A program made the position numbers and the translations under genes. 64,000 bases of DNA from Candidatus Eiseniibacteriota bacterium (GTDB lineage: Bacteria > Eisenbacteria > RBG-16-71-46 > JABDJR01), in contig CAVXKA010000003.1 of the NCBI GenBank assembly GCA_963762255.1, positions 896,001 through 960,000 on the forward strand, read 5' to 3'. Position 1 is the stretch's first letter, and every line of letters begins with the position of its first letter. Of this stretch, positions 55,389 to 64,000 are shown piece after piece. The notes under the pieces are model-generated. The model was not told the origin of the DNA. It saw nothing but the letters and a program-made list of their open reading frames with translations, and made no database searches.

Positions 55389-56591
55389 TCATGTCGTCGT
55401 CTCGCTTGCGGTCGGGCGCGGCCCGGCGAGGAGCACCGCCGCCCCCAGTATCGCCGAGATCAGCGACCCGGCAAGGATACCCATCTTGGCCGGCTCGAGC
55501 AGCCCGCCCTCGCCGAACGCCAGGTTGGCGATGAAGAGCGACATCGTGAAGCCGATGCCCCCCAGCACCGCCGCTCCGTGCACGCGCCGCCAGCCGACCC
55601 CCTCGGGGAGGCTCGCCCAACCCAGCTTCACCGCGAGCCAGGAGAACCCGAGGATGCCGATCTGCTTGCCGAGCACGAGGCCGAGAATCACCCCAAGCGG
55701 CACCGGCTGCAGGATGAGCCGTCCGATGGCGCTCGCGTCGATCTCCACCCCCGCGTTGGCGAGCGCGAACACCGGCATGATGCAATAGGAAACCCACGGC
55801 CCCAGTCCGTGCTCGAGATCCTGCAGGAGCGAAGTGCCTCGGTGGGGAACCGCCATCGCGGTGAGGACCCCGGCTACGGTGGCGTGAACGCCGCTGCGCA
55901 GGAAGAAGATCCACACCGCAAACCCGCCCAGCACGTATACCCATCGGCGGGTCACACCGAGGCGGGCGAGGCCGAAGAGCGCGGCCAGCACCGCGAACCC
56001 GAGCAGAAGCGAACCCGCGGCAAGCTCGGCGGTGTAGAAGATCGCGATCACCACGACCGCTCCCAAGTCATCCACCACCGCGAGCGCGGTGAGGAAGACC
56101 TTGAGTCCCAGCGGCACGCGATCCCCGAGAAGCATCAGCACGCCGATCGCGAATGCGATGTCGGTGGCCATCGGCACGCCCCAGCCCGGTGCGCCATCGC
56201 CGCGGAAGTTGAGGGCGGCGTAGAACGCGGCGGGCACCAGCATTCCACCCAACGCCGCCATGGCGGGGAGCGCGGCCTTCTTGGCCGAGGCGAGTTCGCC
56301 CGAGAGCACCTCGCGTTTGATCTCGAGCCCGACGTAGAAGAAGAACAACGCCATGAGACCGTCGTTGATCCAGTGGTGAAGCGAGAGCTTGAAGCGGGCA
56401 TCGCCCCACGAGAGGCCGACGGTCGTGTGCCAGAGGTCGAAGTAGGATGCGCGCCACCCGGAGTTGGCCCACATCAGCGCGGCCACGGTAGCGAGGATGA
56501 GCACGATGCCGCCGGACGCTTCGGTCTCGAAGAACTCGACGATCGGGTGGCGCAGCCACTCCGGCAGCGCGGGGCGTTTCTTGTCGTTCAT
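55389..56591 (-). CDS. nhaA: Na+/H+ antiporter NhaA
   Basis: 'HWINDGLMALFFF.VGLEIKRE', 'GWGVPMATDIAF', 'LAVVDDLGA', 'GIGFTMSLFI'. Confidence 0.96.
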   Translation of the reverse strand: MNDKKRPALPEWLRHPIVEFFETEASGGIVLILATVAALMWANSGWRASYFDLWHTTVGLSWGDARFKLSLHHWINDGLMALFFFYVGLEIKREVLSGELASAKKAALPAMAALGGMLVPAAFYAALNFRGDGAPGWGVPMATDIAFAIGVLMLLGDRVPLGLKVFLTALAVVDDLGAVVVIAIFYTAELAAGSLLLGFAVLAALFGLARLGVTRRWVYVLGGFAVWIFFLRSGVHATVAGVLTAMAVPHRGTSLLQDLEHGLGPWVSYCIMPVFALANAGVEIDASAIGRLILQPVPLGVILGLVLGKQIGILGFSWLAVKLGWASLPEGVGWRRVHGAAVLGGIGFTMSLFIANLAFGEGGLLEPAKMGILAGSLISAILGAAVLLAGPRPTASETTT

Positions 56592-56639
56592 CGCCGGGCT
56601 CCGGGTAAGAGTTTGTCGCTGCAATCGGCCGACGGACCG

Positions 56640-57437
56640 TCAGCGGTACTGGACGAGATGGACGTCGCCGGCGTGGAGGATCTCCTCCGCGCCGCTCTCG
56701 AGACGCACGCGCAAGGCCCCGTCGGGCTCGAGCCCCACCGCGGTTCCCAGCACCGCCTCCCCCGCGGTCTCCACCCGCACCATGCGGCCCAGAATCGCCG
56801 AGCGCCGGCGCCAGTGCGGAATGAGCGGCCCCGTTCCCTCGTTGCGGAAGCGCTCGTACCACTGCGACACGCACTCGATCAGCGCGAGCAACACGCCGAG
56901 GCGATCGACGTGACGGTGGCAGCACTGGCGAAGCGAGATCGCGCGGTCGCGAAGTTCGACAGGGAAGTCGGCCTCGGTGTGGTCCACGTTGAGGCCGATC
57001 CCGGCCACGCACCACTCGAGCACGCCTCCCTGCACGCCCATCTCGATGAGGACCCCGCCGAGCTTGCGGCCCTCGACCACGAGATCGTTGGGCCATTTGA
57101 TCCCCACAACGCCCTGGATGCGCGTGCGCTCGGCGGCTTCCGCCGCGCCGAGCCCGACCGCCATGAGAATCCCGCTCGCGCTGGACGCGGGCACGCCGGG
57201 GCGGAAGATGAAGGAGACGTAGAGGCCGAGGCCCGCCGGCGAATGCCAGGTGCGCCCCAGCCGCCCCCGGCCCGCACTCTGCGCGTCAGCGATGACGATC
57301 GTGCCTTCTTCCGCTCCCGCGATCGCCAATTCCTTCGCCTTATCGTTCGTGGAGGCGATGGAGGGATAGAAGAAGAAGTGCCGCACCGAGGTGGAGTTCC
57401 GGAAGGCGATCTGGAGGTTGGCGGCGGTGAGCTGCAT
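56640..57437 (-). CDS. birA: Biotin-protein ligase (no N-terminal HTH)
   Basis: 'STND', 'Q.AGRGRLGR.W', 'KWPND', 'KLGGVLIE', 'GIGLNV'. Confidence 0.94.
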   Translation of the reverse strand: MQLTAANLQIAFRNSTSVRHFFFYPSIASTNDKAKELAIAGAEEGTIVIADAQSAGRGRLGRTWHSPAGLGLYVSFIFRPGVPASSASGILMAVGLGAAEAAERTRIQGVVGIKWPNDLVVEGRKLGGVLIEMGVQGGVLEWCVAGIGLNVDHTEADFPVELRDRAISLRQCCHRHVDRLGVLLALIECVSQWYERFRNEGTGPLIPHWRRRSAILGRMVRVETAGEAVLGTAVGLEPDGALRVRLESGAEEILHAGDVHLVQYR

Positions 57438-57454
57438 TCGGTGTTCTCCGCGGA

Positions 57455-58338
57455 TCAGCGTCCGCCGGACGGGAGGAGCCGCAGCTCCATCGAGAGATCG
57501 AGCGCCTTGACCGAGTGGGTCAACGCGCCCGAGGACATGAAATCGACCCCGGGCAGGGCGAACGACCGCGCGGTCTCGACCGTGATGCGGCCGGAGATCT
57601 CGACTTCGGGACGCGCCCGCCCCGCGCGCTCCGCCCAACTCACGATCCGCTGAAGCGCTTCCCGCACGCGGTCCGGCGTGAAGTTGTCGAGCATCACGCG
57701 ATCGACCCCGGCATGCAGCGCCTGGTCGAGCTCCTCAAGGTCGGTGACCTCGACTTCGATCCGCAAGTCGGGTCGCCCCTCGCGCGCCCGGCGCACCGCC
57801 GCTGCAATCCCTCCCGCCGCAGCGATGTGATTCTCTTTGATGAGGATCATGTCGTAAAGCCCCTGGCGATGGTTCTCGCCTCCGCCGCAGCGCACCGCGT
57901 ACTTGGCCAAGAGGCGCATGCCCGGGACGGTCTTGCGCGTGTCGAGAACGCGCACGCCCGTGCCGTCGAGAGCGGCGGCGGCGCGGCGCGTCGCGGTGGC
58001 GATGCCGGAGAGGTGCTGGAGGAAGTTGAGCGCGGTACGCTCGGCGGTCAGGAGCCCGCGGGCCGGGCCGGTGATGCGCGCCACGATCTGCCCGGGGGCG
58101 ACCGCGTCGCCGTCGGCGGCATCGGCCTCGAAGGCGGTCGCGGGATCGACCCGCTCGAAGACGGCGCGGGCCACCGCGAGCCCGCAGAGGACCCCCTCCT
58201 CCTTGACCAGGATCTCCGCCTCGCCGCGCGCCGCCGCCGGCACCGTGGTCAGCGTGGTCGCGTCGCCGCTCCCCACGTCCTCGGCCAGGGCCGCGTCGAT
58301 CAACGGACGCACCAGATCGAAGCGATCGAACTCCACGC

Positions 58339-58342
<4 letters not shown>
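57455..58342 (-). CDS. nadC: Quinolinate phosphoribosyltransferase
   Basis: 'AL.EDVG.GD.TT', '[14 protein letters not shown]', 'DTRKT.PG', 'NHR.GL.D', 'IKENH', 'MLDNF'. Confidence 0.96.
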
Positions 58343-60342
<2,000 letters not shown>

Positions 60343-60514
60343 GGGCCGTGGAGTATACGGCCCGGCGCCGCCGGACGCACGGGCGGTCAGGCGCGCCGGC
60401 CCGCGCGACCCCGCGCCGGGGCCGCAGGCGCGGTGGACAGGGAACGGCGAAACGCCCACAATCTTCGCTTCACGCCGAGAGGCTCCCGGCCGTCGGGAGG
60501 AGGAGAGGAAGCCC

Positions 60515-61099
60515 ATGACCACCGTCCGGATTCGCCCCGCGCTCGTCTTTGTCGCCGTCCTGGCCGCGGCCCTCGCCGGATGCAACGACGACAGCGGTTC
60601 GCCCGACGATGGCGGGATCAAACCGACCGTCGATCCGACCATCACGGTGCTGGCTGGCGCCTGGCAGATCACCGTGGGCTCGTCGGGCAGCGGCACCGCC
60701 TGCGTTCCCTACTCATCCTTCCTCTGCGAGAAGTTCGGAACCCAAGGGACGACCTACGCCGAGATCGACCTGGACCAGCAGGCCCAGGTCTTCGGCTTCG
60801 ACTGCGATTTCAACGTACGCGCGGACGGCACCATCCAGGGATCGTGCGCCGCGGGCTCGCGCAGCGTGCTCACCTGCTTGGTGAGCTTTCCCGCCTTCCA
60901 GGCCACCGGAAGCGTGTCCGCCGATGGCCGGTCGTTCGCTGTCATGCTGCCCCTCAGCGCTCAGATGGGGGACCGCTGTCCCTTCGGGAGCGGCCCCTGT
61001 AACTACCAGGTCATGGTGAGCGGAGCCCGGATCGGGGACGAGTGCCCCCCGGACGCGCCGCGCCCCGGTTCGTGGAGAACACTGCATGCACGCTACTGA
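60515..61099 (+). CDS. Cys-rich lipoprotein 1 (GxW + 8 Cys)
   Basis: RBS, lipobox LAG-C, eight further Cys. Confidence 0.8.
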   Translation: MTTVRIRPALVFVAVLAAALAGCNDDSGSPDDGGIKPTVDPTITVLAGAWQITVGSSGSGTACVPYSSFLCEKFGTQGTTYAEIDLDQQAQVFGFDCDFNVRADGTIQGSCAAGSRSVLTCLVSFPAFQATGSVSADGRSFAVMLPLSAQMGDRCPFGSGPCNYQVMVSGARIGDECPPDAPRPGSWRTLHARY

Positions 61100-61682
61100 T
61101 CGTCGCTTGAAGGCGCTGCGGCCGGCCATGGCCGTGCTCCTGGTTCTTGTCGCGTTCGCCTGCGGGGATGATACGAAGGACGTCATCCCCCCGGTGTCGG
61201 ACACGCTCACCGTTCAGCAGGGAACCTGGCACCGCGTCCGCACCTACTCGGTGATCGGGGCCGACTCCTGCGAGGCACCCGCCCCCGACACCGCGGACGT
61301 GGTGCTCTGCGCCTACGACCCCGGCTCGGGCAGCGATGCCATCGGGCTCGTCTGCGACATCGAGCAGGAAGGAACCCAGGTCACCATCACCTGCGAGGGA
61401 ACCCTCGATCTCTTCCCGTGCCGCATCGACTACCACTTCGCGGGGTCGGGCACGGTGACCGACACCACCCTGGATATCACGATGCGGCGCTGGACGACCT
61501 TGGACGCCCGCGAGGGAAGCATGTCCATCTGCGATTCCCTCTATGCCGACCCCTGCACGACCACCGTGGTGACCCGTGCCGCGTGGACCACGGCCTCCGG
61601 CGACTCCGTCTGCACGGACAGCACATCGGCCCCCTCCGTGCGGGATTTCCTGAACTTGATGCTGGGTGAGGATCAGCCATGA
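61086..61682 (+). CDS. Cys-rich lipoprotein 2 (GxW + 8 Cys)
   Basis: Lipobox-like AFA-C, 'GTW', eight further Cys; overlaps the previous stop. Confidence 0.8.
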   Translation: MHATDRRLKALRPAMAVLLVLVAFACGDDTKDVIPPVSDTLTVQQGTWHRVRTYSVIGADSCEAPAPDTADVVLCAYDPGSGSDAIGLVCDIEQEGTQVTITCEGTLDLFPCRIDYHFAGSGTVTDTTLDITMRRWTTLDAREGSMSICDSLYADPCTTTVVTRAAWTTASGDSVCTDSTSAPSVRDFLNLMLGEDQP

Positions 61683-62245
61683 AGCCGGGTGCTCGATCCA
61701 TGCTCCTGACGGCGGCGATCTTCACCGTCGGTCTTGCCCTCGGCTGCGGCGGCGACAAGAAGTCCTCGCAGCCGGACGACGACTTCATCATCGACGTCGC
61801 GGACGGAACGTGGCGCGAGGTGACGACGGTGGAATGGGTGGGGGCGAACGAGGGCTGCGATCCCCTCAGCGAGCTGATCACCGACGGCGACACGACCTTC
61901 GTGCAGTGCGAACTCGACGTGCGGAGCCTCGGGGACGCCGGCGAGAGCTGCGAGATCGGCATCGACGGAGGCTCGGTCACCATCGATTGCGCGGCCGCAC
62001 AGACATCGGGCTCCTGCATCATAACGCTCACCGTCGAGGGCACGGCGGAGGTCGAGACTACGAGCTACACCTCGGACGTCACCATCACCCTCACGGTCAC
62101 CGGCGACGCACAGGCATGCGGGGGCTACACCTGCACCGGCACCGTCCACGTGACGGGCACATGGGTCTCCGCCGACGGGGACTGCCCCGCCGCCGCACCT
62201 GCCCGCCGCCCGCTCGGCCTTGAAGGACTCCGCGGGCGGCTCTAG
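61679..62245 (+). CDS. Cys-rich lipoprotein 3 (GxW + 8 Cys)
   Basis: Lipobox ALG-C, 'GTW', eight further Cys; ATGA overlap. Confidence 0.8.
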   Translation: MKPGARSMLLTAAIFTVGLALGCGGDKKSSQPDDDFIIDVADGTWREVTTVEWVGANEGCDPLSELITDGDTTFVQCELDVRSLGDAGESCEIGIDGGSVTIDCAAAQTSGSCIITLTVEGTAEVETTSYTSDVTITLTVTGDAQACGGYTCTGTVHVTGTWVSADGDCPAAAPARRPLGLEGLRGRL

Positions 62246-62255
62246 ACCCGCTACC

Positions 62256-63626
62256 TTACCAAGTCGTCCGCACGGTGTAGGTCACTTCCGCCTTCCCGTC
62301 CGGTTCGACCGGGATCGCGAACTCGATCGTGTTGGAGTCCTTCTTGGTGTACTCCCGGCTCTTGGCCGTGACCGTCCAGTCGCCGCCCAGATGTTCCGTG
62401 GCTACTACCTCGATCCGCTCCTTCTTGTGGTTGCGGATCTCGATCTTGAACGACTCCTCCTGCACGCGGTCGCTGATCTTCTTGTAGTCGGTGCGCGTGC
62501 GCTCGCCTACCACGTCGAAGGCGTTGCCGAGAAGCAGCCGGACCTTCTCGTCGCGCGGGGTGTGATCGATGGCGTCCTCACCCACGAACTCCAGCGAGCC
62601 GTCCGCGTCTTCCTTGTAGACGCGCACCTTCCCCGCCGGGAGCGCGATGCCGAGACCGTTCTCCTTCGTGTTCTGGAACTCCATCCGCACCGCGACCTTG
62701 GTCGGATCCTGCTGCCCATCGTAGGTGAGCACCTTGGTCGCGGAGGCCGCCGCCGAGGGGAAGAGCGAGAGCTGCTTGGTCTCGCGGTCGGCGATGGTGG
62801 CGGGGCGCTCCAGCGTGTAGATGTGGTACTCGAAGAACGCGCGCTCCTCGAACTGCGGCGAGCCGGCCATGTCCAGCTCCATGGCCATCCCCTTCATGGA
62901 CGGGATCGCCCGCGGCGGCTGGACGCGGTTCACGTCCCCCGCCACCAGCTTGAGCCGGGCATCCTTGTAGGTCGCCCCCGACCGGTTGTCGAGCGAGACC
63001 CAGCCGTTCACGCCCAGCCGCGTGTCGTCCTGGTTCACCACCGTCACGTACTCGGCGTGCCAGTTGATGTTGTCGGTGAGGTAGGAGATCTCGGAGCGCT
63101 CCTTCCCGCCGCGGTCACTGGCCAGCATCCATACCAGGGTGGGCTTGACCACGAGGCCGCCGGGGATCTCGCCGAGCTGGATGTCGCGCACCTCGGCGCG
63201 ATTGACGATCGTCGCTCCCTTTTCCCCACCCAGCACCAGCGATCCGCCGTCGTAGGAGAGCAGCGTCCCCTGACGCAGCGCGCCGTCCTTGAGGACCGCG
63301 GTGATGTCGAGGCTCAAGTACCGCTGCAGGATGCGCTCGGCGTCGGCGAGGTCGTACTGGTAGTTCTGCTCCAGCACCGCGACATCACCCGGATGATCGA
63401 GCGCGCCGAAGTGCACCGAGGTAGGGTCGATCGATGCGGCAACGTCGTCGATGCGGACCTCCTGCACGCCCTTCTTGAAGTCCAGCATCCGCACGTCCTT
63501 CACCAGCGCGAAGTTCTGGTTGTAGACGGTGACCGAGACCGACTCCAGATCCTTATCCTTGGCCGAAGCGGGGGCGGTCAGTGCCGCCGTCGCCGCCGCG
63601 GCGACCATCCAACGCATGATTCTCAT
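62256..63626 (-). CDS. DUF4139 domain secreted protein
   Basis: 'VTVYNQNFALVKD.R', 'EQNYQYDL', 'KPTLVW', 'W.A.Y', 'FEYHIY.L', 'LPAGKVRVY', 'GED.IDHTP', 'AFDV'. Confidence 0.9.
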   Translation of the reverse strand: MRIMRWMVAAAATAALTAPASAKDKDLESVSVTVYNQNFALVKDVRMLDFKKGVQEVRIDDVAASIDPTSVHFGALDHPGDVAVLEQNYQYDLADAERILQRYLSLDITAVLKDGALRQGTLLSYDGGSLVLGGEKGATIVNRAEVRDIQLGEIPGGLVVKPTLVWMLASDRGGKERSEISYLTDNINWHAEYVTVVNQDDTRLGVNGWVSLDNRSGATYKDARLKLVAGDVNRVQPPRAIPSMKGMAMELDMAGSPQFEERAFFEYHIYTLERPATIADRETKQLSLFPSAAASATKVLTYDGQQDPTKVAVRMEFQNTKENGLGIALPAGKVRVYKEDADGSLEFVGEDAIDHTPRDEKVRLLLGNAFDVVGERTRTDYKKISDRVQEESFKIEIRNHKKERIEVVATEHLGGDWTVTAKSREYTKKDSNTIEFAIPVEPDGKAEVTYTVRTTW

Positions 63627-63705
63627 GAGTATTTCCTCCCGGCGGGCCGCGTCCCGACGCGGTCGCCTCGTTCTTGGCCCCCTAACCATATTCGAAACTC
63701 AATGC

Positions 63706-64000
63706 CTAACCTTCTTCACTCAATGCAGCCAGGTTGCGCTCCACGGCGCCGAGGTCGGCTGCGAACCGCTCGCGGCGCTCCCGCTCCGCCTGCACCACAT
63801 CGGCGGGTGCGCGCGCGATGAAGTCTTCGTTGCCGAGCTTGCGCTCGACGCCATCCAGCGCTCTGCGCAGCTCGTCGCGTTTCTTGGCGAGCCGCGCCCG
63901 CTCCGCGTCCAGATCGATGAGCCCCTCGAGCGGCAGGTAGATCTCCACGCCCTCGACCACCGCGCTCGCCGAGTGCCGGGGCTTGGGCGCGCCGGCGGCG
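63706..64000 (-). CDS. valS: Valine-tRNA ligase, C-terminal end only
   Basis: 'EIYLPLEGLID...E..RL.K', 'KL.N..F...AP..VV..ER' tRNA-binding arm. Confidence 0.93.
   Translation of the reverse strand, partial: AAGAPKPRHSASAVVEGVEIYLPLEGLIDLDAERARLAKKRDELRRALDGVERKLGNEDFIARAPADVVQAERERRERFAADLGAVERNLAALSEEG

Overview
GC-rich (~68-70%, judged by eye) diderm bacterial chromosome segment. FlgD/T9SS-like C-terminal Ig domains, C-terminal 'TWGx[IL]KxxY' tails and a Cys-type CcmE suggest an uncultured FCB-associated lineage such as Ca. Eisenbacteria, Krumholzibacteriota or Latescibacterota; this is an inference. Most of the window is housekeeping and envelope genes: SPFH/NfeD, Omp85, peptidases M28/M16/S8, GT-C/GT2/GT4 glycosyltransferases, lysC, ccmABCDEF, yitJ, Leu dehydrogenase, an AmrB-AmrA fusion, dapF, nhaA, birA, nadC, uvrB, the 3' end of valS, and one tRNA-Gly(GCC). 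Five things stand out. (1) A DUF222-like/HNH nuclease gene with its own consensus promoter, bracketed by two inverted ~85-bp GTAG-led nested hairpins with compensatory changes, and carrying four internal CCCGGGTGA[GT]CA motifs, one of them in a perfect 26-bp palindrome. (2) Two paralogous secreted proteins ending in a TWGx[IL]KxxY tag, a possible undescribed sorting signal. (3) Three tandem, highly diverged lipoproteins sharing an 8-cysteine scaffold. (4) An RLAN + RimK ATP-grasp + GNAT-C39 peptidase operon. (5) A 720-bp BrnT/BrnA mini-island bounded by a duplication of the tRNA-Gly 3' end. Three small-indel frameshifts may be assembly errors. No database searches were run; family calls come from motif recognition.
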